Source: an uncultured Candidatus Binatia bacterium (GTDB taxonomy: Bacteria; Desulfobacterota; Binatia; UBA9968; JAJDTQ01). Taken from it: a stretch of 64,000 bases of DNA. The position numbers and the translations under genes are program-made. The stretch spans positions 1,312,001-1,376,000 of the forward strand of contig OZ219754.1 in assembly GCA_964291295.2 (NCBI GenBank). Direction: 5' to 3'. The notes beneath the pieces are model-generated. The model had not been told where the DNA came from. It was given only the letters and a program-made list of their open reading frames with translations, and searched no databases. Each line of letters opens with the position of its first letter. Within the stretch, counting starts at the first letter, position 1. This document shows, one piece after another, positions 36,897 to 47,829 of this stretch.

Positions 36897-38363
36897 GTGG
36901 AACCCATCAAAACGGAGATCGTGGTGGTCGGAGCCGGCCCCGGAGGCTATGCCGCGGCTTTCCATGCGGCGGATGTCGGCAAGCAGGTTCTGCTGGTGGA
37001 GCGGGACGAGCGGCTCGGCGGGGTCTGTCTCAACCGCGGCTGCATCCCGTCCAAGGCGCTTCTTCACGCGACCCAGGTGATCGACGAGGCAGCGCGGTCG
37101 GATGCCCGCGGCGTCTCCTTCGGCAAGCCCGCCGTCGACCTGGAGAAGCTGCGGGCCTGGAAAGGGTCGGTCATCGACAAGCTCGCCCGGGGGCTGGACG
37201 GACTGTGTTCCCGCAGGGGCGTCCGGCGGCTTCATGGCCGCGGGCACTTCGAGGACTCGCGCACCCTGCGGGTGGAGACTGCCGAGGGGCAGCAGTTCAT
37301 CAACTATGACAAGGCCATCATCGCCGTCGGTTCGAGGCCGGCCATGCCGGCGGCCTTCGATCTGGGCAACCGGCGGATCATGACTTCCACGGAGGCGCTG
37401 GAACTGGAGGACGTGCCGGGCCGGCTGCTGGTGGTGGGGGGCGGCTACATCGGCATGGAGCTGGGTACGGTGTATGCCCGGCTGGGGAGCGAGATCGTTC
37501 TGGTGGAGGCGCTGGACCACCTGTTGCCGGGTGTGGACGCCGACCTTGTGCGCCCCGTGGCCAAGGTGGCCGGGTCCCTTTTCAGGGATATCCGCCTCAA
37601 GACCAAGGTGCTGCGCATGGCCACCAGCGGCACGAAGATCAAGGTGGCCATGGAGTTCAACGGCGCCAGCCGCGAGGAGAGCTACGACCGGGTGCTGGTC
37701 AGCGTGGGCCGGGTTCCAGGCTACGAGGATCTGGGCCTGGAGAACACCGGAGTCCGGGTCGGCGCCAACGGCTTCATCGAGTGCAACGATCAGCAGCAGA
37801 CCGATGACCCGGCCATTTACGCCATCGGCGATGCCAACGGCGGCGCCCTGCTGGCGCACCGGGCCACCAAGGAGGCGCGCGTGGCGGTGGAGGTCATTGC
37901 CGGCGAAGCCAGCACCATTGCGGACGTGGTGATCCCGGCGGTGGTCTTTACCGAGCCTGAGGTGGCTTGGTGCGGACTCACCGAGCGGGAGGCCCGGGGC
38001 AGGAAGGCGCCGGTGGAGGTGGTGAAGTTCCCCTGGGGCGCTTCCGGAAGGGCGCTCACCCTTGACCGCCCCGAGGGGCTGACGAAGTTGATCATCGAGC
38101 CCGAGACCGAGCGGATCCTTGGCGTGGGCATCACCGGCGCCGGGGCCGGCGAGCTGATTGGCGAGGGTGTGCTGGCCATCGAGATGGGGGCCACCGCCAG
38201 GGATCTGGCCGAGTCCGTCCATCCCCACCCGACGCTTTCCGAGACTCTGATGGAATGCGCCGAGACGTTCAGCGGCACCGCCACCCATGCGGCGCCGCGA
38301 AAGCGTGCCCGAAGAGGGTCGAAAGGGGCTGTGGACGGGGCGCAGGACAGCCCGCGTGCTTGA
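36897..38363 (+). CDS. lpdA: Dihydrolipoamide dehydrogenase
   Basis: GAGPGGY, GGVCLNRGCIPSK, HPHPTLSE. Confidence 0.96.
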   Translation: MEPIKTEIVVVGAGPGGYAAAFHAADVGKQVLLVERDERLGGVCLNRGCIPSKALLHATQVIDEAARSDARGVSFGKPAVDLEKLRAWKGSVIDKLARGLDGLCSRRGVRRLHGRGHFEDSRTLRVETAEGQQFINYDKAIIAVGSRPAMPAAFDLGNRRIMTSTEALELEDVPGRLLVVGGGYIGMELGTVYARLGSEIVLVEALDHLLPGVDADLVRPVAKVAGSLFRDIRLKTKVLRMATSGTKIKVAMEFNGASREESYDRVLVSVGRVPGYEDLGLENTGVRVGANGFIECNDQQQTDDPAIYAIGDANGGALLAHRATKEARVAVEVIAGEASTIADVVIPAVVFTEPEVAWCGLTEREARGRKAPVEVVKFPWGASGRALTLDRPEGLTKLIIEPETERILGVGITGAGAGELIGEGVLAIEMGATARDLAESVHPHPTLSETLMECAETFSGTATHAAPRKRARRGSKGAVDGAQDSPRA

Positions 38364-38714
38364 TTTGAACCGGTCTGTTTGTTAGCTAGAGACCGTGAAC
38401 CGTTCGCGAGTTTCGACCGGTTATGGATCTGCCCCCTTTATCGATGTGAACCCGTTGCGGCTCTGAACCCGTCATGAGTCTCGACAGTTCATGAGCCTGG
38501 ACCGGCTGTGCATTGGTCGTGGGTGGCCGTGATGGTTCTTGGGCGGGCCGTGAACTGTTGATGGATTGCCAGTGAATTGTCAGTGGATGGTTCTGAAGGG
38601 GTCGTGGAAGGGGTCGTGGGTTTGGACCGGTGGACGAGCCGCGGGTGTCCGGCGCGGCATCGCAGGGGTTGACGAGGCATGGGCTGGCACACCGGCATCT
38701 CCAGGAGGAAGTGA

Positions 38715-38978
38715 ATGACATACGTGATTGCGGAGCCCTGTGTCGACGTCAAGGACACGGCGTGCGTGGATGTTTGTCCTGTCGATTGCATCCACCCGAC
38801 CAAGAACGATCCCGAGACATTCGAGAAAGAGAATATGCTCTATATCGATCCCGAGGAGTGCATTGACTGCGGCGCCTGCGAGCCGGTGTGTCCCGTCGAG
38901 GCCATTTTCGAGGAGGCGGCGGTGCCGGAAAAGTGGCAGGAGTACACTCGGATCAACGCCGACTGGTTTCAGAAATAG
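38715..38978 (+). CDS. fdxA: 7Fe-type (3Fe-4S/4Fe-4S) ferredoxin
   Basis: [38 protein letters not shown]; AGGAGG SD. Confidence 0.93.
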   Translation: MTYVIAEPCVDVKDTACVDVCPVDCIHPTKNDPETFEKENMLYIDPEECIDCGACEPVCPVEAIFEEAAVPEKWQEYTRINADWFQK

Positions 38979-39745
38979 CTGCCAAGGGCCGCGGGCCTGG
39001 CCGGTGCCCGCGGCCCGTTCCCGTCTTCGGGGACCCTTCCGTGGCCCCTTTCCGTGGCCCCCTTGGGGGCCCCTCTCCGTAGCATTTCTTCGTGGCATCT
39101 CTCCTCGCTTCGCACGAGCCCGGCGTATCCAAACCTCTGGCAGAAGCACTTGGCCAGGATCGGCTTGACTTCATCCATCTCGACGGAACGCTTCGTCTCC
39201 CGCTCCATCGACGTGACCTGGGCCCAGTTCAGGCCGCAGGGCACGATCCTGCGGAACTGGCTCAGGTCCGGCGCCACGTTCAGGGCGGCGCCGTGGTAGG
39301 TCACGCCGCGTCTCACGGCGACGCCGATGGCGCAGATCTTCTGGTCGCCGATCCACACGCCGGTGAAGGGCGGTCGGCGGGCGCCTTCCAGGCCGAAGGC
39401 TCCGAGGACGTCGATGATGACCTGCTCGAGACCGTTCAGATAGCGGTGCACCGCCCGGCGCAACCTCGATCTGAGATCGATGATCGGATAGGCGACCAGT
39501 TGCCCGGGGCCGTGATAGGTCACGTCGCCGCCGCGGCTGGTGGCGTGGACGGGGAGGTCGCCGGCATCGAGGATGTGAGCGCCCGCTTCCCTTCGGCCGG
39601 TGGTGATCACGTGGGGATGCTCCACCAGCATCAGGCAATCGTCCACCGGCTCGCGGACTTTCCTCTCAAGGAGCCGCAACTGAACGTGCAGCGCAGCCTC
39701 GTAATCGAGCCGGCCCAGATCCATGACGCGCAAGGAGGGGGACAT
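38969..39745 (-). CDS. lipB: Octanoyltransferase LipB
   Basis: [42 protein letters not shown]. Confidence 0.93.
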   Translation of the reverse strand: MSPSLRVMDLGRLDYEAALHVQLRLLERKVREPVDDCLMLVEHPHVITTGRREAGAHILDAGDLPVHATSRGGDVTYHGPGQLVAYPIIDLRSRLRRAVHRYLNGLEQVIIDVLGAFGLEGARRPPFTGVWIGDQKICAIGVAVRRGVTYHGAALNVAPDLSQFRRIVPCGLNWAQVTSMERETKRSVEMDEVKPILAKCFCQRFGYAGLVRSEERCHEEMLRRGAPKGATERGHGRVPEDGNGPRAPARPAALGSYF

Positions 39746-39937
39746 TCTCGATGACCCTTACCACATGGGCCGCGAAAGCGTGAGGGCGGCCCTGCCGGAC
39801 GCGCTTCTTGACTCCCGGTTCCGGTCGCATTATGAAACCGGCCAGACGAGGGAGCCGGATGACTCGGGCCGCGTGCCCTTGGTGAGAATGGGCGCCGGCG
39901 GCTGGCGCGCCAAGTGCGGCAATAGGGGCGAACGCAG

Positions 39938-40141
39938 GTGACAGGAACCATCAGGAAGATTCTCAGGGACAAGGGGTTCGGCTTCATCAAGCCGGACGAC
40001 GGCGGCGACGATGTCTTCTTCCACCGCGGCAGCAGCGCCCCTCGGGTGCGGTTCGAGGATTTCGCTGAGGGAGACAGCGTGCAGTTCCAGACCCGCACGG
40101 CCGACAAGGGGCCGGTGGCGTTCGGCATGAAGCTCCGCTGA
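39938..40141 (+). CDS. Cold-shock domain protein
   Basis: KGFGFI (RNP1), VFFH (RNP2), KGP. Confidence 0.9.
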   Translation: MTGTIRKILRDKGFGFIKPDDGGDDVFFHRGSSAPRVRFEDFAEGDSVQFQTRTADKGPVAFGMKLR

Positions 40142-40220
40142 CCGCCGCTGCCCCGGCGCCCTTCCTCGCAAGTGAAGGCTGCCAGACATGTGGACCGCCC
40201 CCGAAGGCGACAAGGACGCG

Positions 40221-41285
40221 ATGACGCGCAGTGAACCCCCGGGCCGTCCGAACGACGGCGGCGTGCCAGCCCAGCAGGCGTTCCTGGCGCGACTCGGGGG
40301 CCTCCGCCGGCGTTATCTGCCCGAGGTCGTCTCCCTGCTCGACGACGCGATTCGCGAAGCGAAGCTGGCGGAGTCGGGTTTGGCCGAGATGTCCCGCTAC
40401 CATTTCCAGACGGGTGGAAAGCGGCTGCGCGCGCTGCTCCCGCTGCTGGTGGCGGACTGTCTCGGCGAAGATCCGGCTCGGGCCGTGGCCATGGGCGCGG
40501 CTTGCGAGATGCTGCACAACGCCACGCTGGTCCACGATGACGTGCAGGACGGCGACGAGGCGCGCCGGGGACGGGAGACGGTCTGGCGCCGGTTCGGGGT
40601 GGCCCGCGCCATCAATCTCGGCGACGCCATGTTCTATTTCGCGTTGTTGCTGGCGCAGCGGGCGCCGGTGGACAGCCGGCGCCGGGAGGTGCTGGCCCGG
40701 CGGATGCTGGTGGAGACCCTGAAGGTCATCGACGGTCAGGAGCAGGAGTTCGCGCTGCGAGCGAGTTCACGCCCCACCTTGGCGCGGTACTTCGACATGA
40801 TCGAAGCCAAGACCGCGCGATTCTTCGTGCTGGGCATGGCGGGCAGCGCGGAGATGCTGGGCCGGGAGGCGGAAGTCGTCGAGGGACTCGCTGAGGCGGC
40901 GCGCCAGCTTGGCATCCTGTTCCAGATCCAGGACGACGTGCTGGACCTCTACGGCGACAAGGGCCGTGGTCTGCGCGGCAGCGACATCGCCGAGGGCAAG
41001 CGGAGCATCCTGGCGGTCCACGCCCTGGAGAACGCGGCGCCGCAAGAGGCGCGGTGGCTCATGGAAGTGCTGGACAAGGAGCGGGCGGCCACGTCGCCCG
41101 CGGACAAGGAGCGGGTGGTCGCGTTGTTCGACCGGCTGGGATCGCTGTCCTTTTCGGTAAGGGAGTTGCACGCGCGCCAGGGGGCGGCGTTCGCCGCCAT
41201 CGACACGCTGGCGCAGCCGACCCTTTCGGCCCTGATGCGGGGGATGGCTGAAACCGTGCTGGAGCCCATACGGGACTTGATGTGA
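40221..41285 (+). CDS. Trans-polyprenyl diphosphate synthase
   Basis: GGKRLR, LVHDDVQD..RRG, KTA, FQIQDDVLD, GSDIAEGK; alternative start at 40188. Confidence 0.9.
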   Translation: MTRSEPPGRPNDGGVPAQQAFLARLGGLRRRYLPEVVSLLDDAIREAKLAESGLAEMSRYHFQTGGKRLRALLPLLVADCLGEDPARAVAMGAACEMLHNATLVHDDVQDGDEARRGRETVWRRFGVARAINLGDAMFYFALLLAQRAPVDSRRREVLARRMLVETLKVIDGQEQEFALRASSRPTLARYFDMIEAKTARFFVLGMAGSAEMLGREAEVVEGLAEAARQLGILFQIQDDVLDLYGDKGRGLRGSDIAEGKRSILAVHALENAAPQEARWLMEVLDKERAATSPADKERVVALFDRLGSLSFSVRELHARQGAAFAAIDTLAQPTLSALMRGMAETVLEPIRDLM

Positions 41286-41373
41286 CAGTGGCGGTGGGTC
41301 GAGTGCGCCCGGACTCGTCACGGCCGATGAGGCTGCGCATGGCCGCCGCCGGTAACCGAAACCACGCGAAGGA

Positions 41374-42798
41374 GTGCCATCGCAAATGAAGATGTTTCTT
41401 GCCGGAGAATGGGTCGATCGACCGCGGATGCAGGAGGTCGGTAACCCATATGATGGCTCCGTCATTGACAACGTGCCGAAAGCCGGCCGCGACGACGTGG
41501 AGCGCGCGCTAGCGTTTGCCGCACGCGGGGCCGCCGTCATGGGACGCATGACGGCCCACGCGCGCTGGCAGGTGCTGACCCGGGCGGCGGCCATCATGGC
41601 GGAGCGGGTGGACGAGCTGGGTACGCTCATCTCGAGCGAAGAGGGCAAGATCCTGGCCGAGGGAAAGGGCGAGGTGCGCCGGGCGGTGGAGACCCTGACG
41701 GCTTCGGCCGAAGAGGCCAAGCGGCTCCATGGCGAGACCGTGCCGCTGGACGCGGACCCCGCGGGAGCGGGCAGGCTTGCCTTCACGCTGCGCGTGCCCT
41801 GCGGCGTCGTGGTGGCCATCGGCCCCTTCAACTTTCCGCTCAATCTGCTGTGCCACAAGGTGGGCCCGGCCATCGCCGGCGGCAACGCGGTGATCATCAA
41901 GCCGGCGTCGGACACTCCGCTGTCGGGGCTCAGGCTGACGGAGATTCTGCTCGAGGCCGGAGTGCCGCCCGAGGGCGTGCAGTGCCTGACCGGCTCGGGC
42001 AGCGAGATCGGCGACCCGCTGGTGTCCGACGGCCGGGTTCGCAAGATCACCTTTACCGGCAGCCGCGAGGTGGGTGAGAACATCTGTCGGATAGCGGGCA
42101 TCAAGAAGGTCACCCTGGAGCTGGGCTCCAACTGCCCGGTGATCGTGATGCCGGACGCGGACCTCGACAAGGTGGCCGCCGCGGTGGCCGCCACGGGTTA
42201 CGCGAACTCGGGGCAGGTCTGCATCTCCACCCAGCGCGTGCTGGCCGACCGCCGGGTGTACGCGGATTTTCTCGACGTTCTCGCGCCCAAGGTGGAAGCC
42301 CTCGCCACCGGCAGCCAGCTTGACACGACGACCCAGGTGGGGCCGATGATCAAGGAGAGCGAGGCCGTCCGGGTCGAACAGTGGGTGAATGAGGCGTTGG
42401 GCGAGGGTGCCCGGCTGGTGGCCGGCGGTTCCCGCAGCGGCGCGGTCTACACCCCTGCCGTGGTGGCCGACGTGTCCCGGGAGATGCGGGTCGCACGCGA
42501 CGAACTCTTCGGCCCGGCGGTCGGGGTGATGCCGTTCGAGTCCATCGACGAGGCCATGGCGCTGGCCAACGATACGGTCTACGGCCTGTCCGCGGGCATC
42601 TTCACCGAGAACATCGGTTGGGCCATGCGGTTCGCCCGGGAGGTCGAGTCCGGCAATCTGCACGTCAATTGGGGTCCCCAGTGGCGTGCCGACGTCATGC
42701 CCTACGGCGGGCTCAAGGAGTCGGGTTTCGGCAAGGAGGGGCCCCGGTACGCCATCGAGGAGATGACCGAACTCAAGACCGTGGTCTTTCACCTGTAG
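41374..42798 (+). CDS. Aldehyde dehydrogenase family protein
   Basis: PFNFP, FTGS, LELGSN, SGQVCIS, ELFGP, PYGGLKESG. Confidence 0.93.
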   Translation: MPSQMKMFLAGEWVDRPRMQEVGNPYDGSVIDNVPKAGRDDVERALAFAARGAAVMGRMTAHARWQVLTRAAAIMAERVDELGTLISSEEGKILAEGKGEVRRAVETLTASAEEAKRLHGETVPLDADPAGAGRLAFTLRVPCGVVVAIGPFNFPLNLLCHKVGPAIAGGNAVIIKPASDTPLSGLRLTEILLEAGVPPEGVQCLTGSGSEIGDPLVSDGRVRKITFTGSREVGENICRIAGIKKVTLELGSNCPVIVMPDADLDKVAAAVAATGYANSGQVCISTQRVLADRRVYADFLDVLAPKVEALATGSQLDTTTQVGPMIKESEAVRVEQWVNEALGEGARLVAGGSRSGAVYTPAVVADVSREMRVARDELFGPAVGVMPFESIDEAMALANDTVYGLSAGIFTENIGWAMRFAREVESGNLHVNWGPQWRADVMPYGGLKESGFGKEGPRYAIEEMTELKTVVFHL

Positions 42799-42849
42799 GA
42801 ACGGGCTGCGAACCCGCCGGGCCACGGTTTCCGGGAGGCCGACACGAAC

Positions 42850-43647
42850 ATGCGAGCGAACGGACGCGGGGACCAGGCCCTGCGTCCCATCGACATCACG
42901 CCGGGTTTCATCAAGCACGCTGACGGCTCGGCGTTGATCGAGATGGGGGATACCCGGGTTATCTGCACCGCCAAGATCGAGGACCGGGTGCCGCCGTTCC
43001 TGCGCAGGTCGGGGAGGGGATGGATCACCGCGGAGTACGGCATGTTGCCGTCGTCGTCGCCGACGCGGATTCCCAGGGAGGCCGCACGTGGCAAGGTGGG
43101 CGGCCGCACTCACGAGATCCAGCGGTTGATCGGACGCAGCCTCCGCTCGGTGGCGAATCTCGACTACCTGGGCGAGCGGACGGTGTGGCTCGACTGCGAC
43201 GTCATCCAGGCGGACGGTGGGACCCGGACCGCCGCCATTACCGGAGCCTGCGTGGCCTTGGCCTGCGCCGTGGAGCGGTGGACGGCCGACAACACCGTGC
43301 CCGAGGGCCTGCTGGGGGACCGCGTCGCCGCGGTCAGCGCGGGTGTGGTGGATGGACAGGCGCTGCTGGATCTGGACGCCGGGGAAGACAACCGCGCCGA
43401 GGTGGACATGAACTTCGTGATGACCGGGTCGGGGAAGTTCGTGGAGGTGCAGGGAACTGCCGAGAAGCAGCCGTTCAGTCCGGCGAGACTCGATCAGTTG
43501 ATCCGGCTGGCGCAGTCGGGCATTCAACGAATTCTGGAGCTTCAGCAGCGGGTCCTCCGGGACTGGCGCGAGTCTTCGCAGGGGGCAGTTTCCGGACCGG
43601 TTCGCGGCGTCGGAGCTTTCCGGCGCGAAAACGGGCCTCAGGCTTGA
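42850..43647 (+). CDS. rph: Ribonuclease PH
   Basis: GWITAEYGMLP, GRTHEIQRLIGRSLR, QADGGTRTAAI, EVQGTAE. Confidence 0.96.
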   Translation: MRANGRGDQALRPIDITPGFIKHADGSALIEMGDTRVICTAKIEDRVPPFLRRSGRGWITAEYGMLPSSSPTRIPREAARGKVGGRTHEIQRLIGRSLRSVANLDYLGERTVWLDCDVIQADGGTRTAAITGACVALACAVERWTADNTVPEGLLGDRVAAVSAGVVDGQALLDLDAGEDNRAEVDMNFVMTGSGKFVEVQGTAEKQPFSPARLDQLIRLAQSGIQRILELQQRVLRDWRESSQGAVSGPVRGVGAFRRENGPQA

Positions 43648-43671
43648 TATCGACGCGGCATGCGCTAGAAT
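43644..43671 (+). promoter_or_regulatory. Putative promoter of the tRNA cluster, overlapping the rph stop
   Basis: TTGATA-16-TAGAAT. Confidence 0.5.
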
Positions 43672-43684
43672 GCAGACACCGTGA

Positions 43685-43761
43685 CGGGGCGTGGCGCAGT
43701 CAGGTAGCGCACCTGCCTTGGGAGCAGGGGGTCGGCCGTTCGAATCGGCTCGCCCCGACCA
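43685..43761 (+). tRNA. tRNA-Pro(TGG)
   Basis: Cloverleaf, anticodon loop CTTGGGA, GTTCGAAT, CCA. Confidence 0.95.
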
Positions 43762-43856
43762 CACCGTCAGGCCGACGAACCGTGGCGTACAGTCCCGGGA
43801 GCCGGCGAGTTGCCGGGAGCGGGCCTCGAAGGAACGGGTTGAAGGAACGACTCGAC

Positions 43857-43933
<77 letters not shown>

Positions 43934-43980
43934 CACAAAGGCGCCGGAGTCCGGTCGTAGCCCGGTATTCCCCGGCAGTG

Positions 43981-44132
43981 GTCTCTGGCGGGTGTCTGCG
44001 GCGGGTGTTCCTGGTGTATGTGTTTTTGGGAACATGTACCGGGTGAACGTTTACTGGGTGAACTTGTTTTGGGAATGTGTACTTGGCAGGCATCTGGTGA
44101 ACGTCCTGTGAGTTTCTTTGGTGAGTGTGTCT
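43981..44132 (+). repeat. GT-rich degenerate tandem repeat between tRNA-Arg and tRNA-His
   Basis: Recurrent (T/G)GGTGA(A/G)YGT and TGTTTT(T)GGGAA units; the last unit merges into the tRNA-His 5' end. Confidence 0.7.
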
Positions 44133-44210
44133 GGTGAGTGTAGCTCAATTGGTTAGAGCACTGGACTGTGGCTCCAGGGGTTGAGGGTTCAAGTCCCTTC
44201 ACTCACCCCA
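44133..44210 (+). tRNA. tRNA-His(GTG), includes G-1
   Basis: Anticodon loop CTGTGGC, CCA. Confidence 0.95.
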
Positions 44211-44235
44211 GTCAACCCGGTCAAAGGGGCCGTGC

Positions 44236-44308
<73 letters not shown>

Positions 44309-44476
44309 CTCCTCCCTCCCTCAAGGCCTCAAGGGCCATCCGGCCCGGTTCGAGCCGGGCCCGGTTCAAGCCGATTCGCATCTTTCCTCGTGGGCGGCCC
44401 GGCCAGGAAACATCCCGGACCGTGGTTATTTGACTTGCGGTTCCTGAGGTTGTTACAGGGACACTGCAGCCAGTAC

Positions 44477-44559
44477 GCGAGAGTGGCGGAACTGGTAGAC
44501 GCACTAGACTTAGGATCTAGCGGGTAACCGTGGGGGTTCGAGTCCCCCCTCTCGCACCA
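44477..44559 (+). tRNA. tRNA-Leu(TAG)
   Basis: Anticodon loop CTTAGGA, variable arm, CCA. Confidence 0.94.
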
Positions 44560-44586
44560 TTGTCGGCATTCGGGGGCAGATCAGCG

Positions 44587-45903
44587 ATGAAATGTGAAAT
44601 CGATGTATTGACGCCTGTCCGGAGAAGGCTTCGGGTGGAGGTTCCGGCCGAGCGGGTGGACAAGGCGTTTGCACGCACCTACCGGCAGTACGGGCGTCAG
44701 GCCCGAGTCCGCGGCTTTCGTTCCGGCAAGGTGCCGCCGCAAGTGCTGCGGGGGCTCTACGGCACCGAGATACAGGCCCGGGTCTTGTCGGACCTGGTGC
44801 AGGAATCGCTTGCCGGCGCGGTGGAGGACCAGGGCCTGGAGCCGGTGTCCGAGCCGCGGCTCGAGACCGGCGACCTGACCGAAGCCCGGCCGTTCGCGTT
44901 CACCGCCGTGTTCGAGGTGAAGCCGGCCATTGAGCTCAAGACCTACCGCGCCATTCCCGTGGAACGTGTGCGTGTCGAGGTCGGTGACGAGGACGTGGAG
45001 CGTGCGTTGAAGTCGCTTCAGGATCGGAATGCCCAGTTGGAGGCGGTGGAGGGGCGTGACGTGGTGGAGGACGGCGACCATGTGCTGATGGATTTCGCCG
45101 GTTCGGTGGCGGGCGAGCCCCTGCCGGGGAGCGCGACGGAGAATCATGCGGTGGACATCGGCGCGGGACAGGCCTTGCCGGAGTTCGAACGGGGTCTTGT
45201 GGGAATGAGACGGGGCGTGCCCGGGAACATCACGGTGCACTTTCCGCCGGACGGCAACGACAAGCGCGTGGCCGGAAAGACGGTGGACTTCCGGGTGACC
45301 GTGCGGGACATGCGGAACAAGACACTGCCCCCTCTCGATGACGAGTTCGCCCGCGACTACGGCGGCTGCGACTCGCTGGAGGAACTGCGCGGGAAGGTGC
45401 GCGCGGAGCTCCGGAACGAGATCGAGACGGTTCAGGACGGCTCGCTGAAGGAGCGGATCCTGGATCGGCTTCTCGACGCGCATCCTTTCGAGGTGGCTCC
45501 ATCCATGGTCGAGCGGGAGCTGTCGTATCTCCTGCGCCTCGCCGGGAACGAGCGGGGTTCGCCGGAAACGGAGACTCCCTCTCCGACCACGGAGGAGCTC
45601 CGGGAGGAGTTGAGGCCGCAGGCGGAACGGCGCGTCAGGATGATGCTGCTGGTGGAGAGGATCGCCGCGGCCGAAGGCATCACGGCCTCGGACGAGGAGG
45701 TTGGCGCCCGCATCGAGGCCATGGTGCGGGCCAGCGGCGGGCAAGCGGCGGCGGTCCGGGAGCGGTATGGCCAGGACGACGCACGAGAGACGATGCGCAC
45801 CCGGCTCGTGTCCGAAAAGACGCTGGCTTTCCTGCTGGAGCAGGCGGACGTCGCGGTGGTGGATCCTCCGGCAAAGGTTGCCGGCGAACAAAAAAGAGGT
45901 TAG
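44587..45903 (+). CDS. tig: Trigger factor
   Basis: RGFRSGKVP signature, FKBP-like domain, position before clpP. Confidence 0.93.
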   Translation: MKCEIDVLTPVRRRLRVEVPAERVDKAFARTYRQYGRQARVRGFRSGKVPPQVLRGLYGTEIQARVLSDLVQESLAGAVEDQGLEPVSEPRLETGDLTEARPFAFTAVFEVKPAIELKTYRAIPVERVRVEVGDEDVERALKSLQDRNAQLEAVEGRDVVEDGDHVLMDFAGSVAGEPLPGSATENHAVDIGAGQALPEFERGLVGMRRGVPGNITVHFPPDGNDKRVAGKTVDFRVTVRDMRNKTLPPLDDEFARDYGGCDSLEELRGKVRAELRNEIETVQDGSLKERILDRLLDAHPFEVAPSMVERELSYLLRLAGNERGSPETETPSPTTEELREELRPQAERRVRMMLLVERIAAAEGITASDEEVGARIEAMVRASGGQAAAVRERYGQDDARETMRTRLVSEKTLAFLLEQADVAVVDPPAKVAGEQKRG

Positions 45904-45957
45904 ACTTTCTGGTGGCGTGACCACCCGGAGCGGGACAGGCAGCATGAGACCGACAGC

Positions 45958-46560
45958 ATGAATTTCATTCCTTTCGTCGTAGAGCAGACCGGTCGCGGGG
46001 AGCGCGCCTATGACATCTATTCCCGCCTCTTGAAGGATCGAATCGTATTTCTGGGAAGTCCGGTCGTCGACGAGGTGGCGAATCTGATCACCGCCCAGTT
46101 GCTGTTCCTGGAGTCCGAAGATCCGGAACGCGACATCTACTTCTACATCAATTCTCCGGGCGGCTCGGTGACCGCCGGTCTGGCCATCTACGACACCATT
46201 CAGTACATCCGCCCGCAGGTTTCCACCGTGTGCCTGGGCCAGGCGGCCAGCATGGGCGCCGTCCTGCTGGCAGCCGGCGAGAAGGGCAAGCGCCATGCGC
46301 TGCCGCACTCGCGCATCATGATTCATCAGCCACTCGGCGGCTTTCAGGGGACCGCCGCGGACGTGGACATCCAGGCCCGGGAGATTCTCAGGATGCGGGA
46401 GGAGCTCGGCGCGATTCTCGTCAGGCACACGGGTCAATCGTTGCAGAAAATCGAGCGGGACACCGACCGGGACCTGTTCATGACAGGTCAGCAGGCTTTG
46501 GAATATGGATTGGTGGACCAGGTGATCACCTGCCGCCTTGATGCAACCACGCAGGGGTGA
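45958..46560 (+). CDS. clpP: ATP-dependent Clp protease proteolytic subunit
   Basis: [33 protein letters not shown]. Confidence 0.97.
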   Translation: MNFIPFVVEQTGRGERAYDIYSRLLKDRIVFLGSPVVDEVANLITAQLLFLESEDPERDIYFYINSPGGSVTAGLAIYDTIQYIRPQVSTVCLGQAASMGAVLLAAGEKGKRHALPHSRIMIHQPLGGFQGTAADVDIQAREILRMREELGAILVRHTGQSLQKIERDTDRDLFMTGQQALEYGLVDQVITCRLDATTQG

Positions 46561-46571
46561 AGGGAGTTTCA

Positions 46572-47819
<1,248 letters not shown>

Positions 47820-47829
47820 GGGGGTGCCC

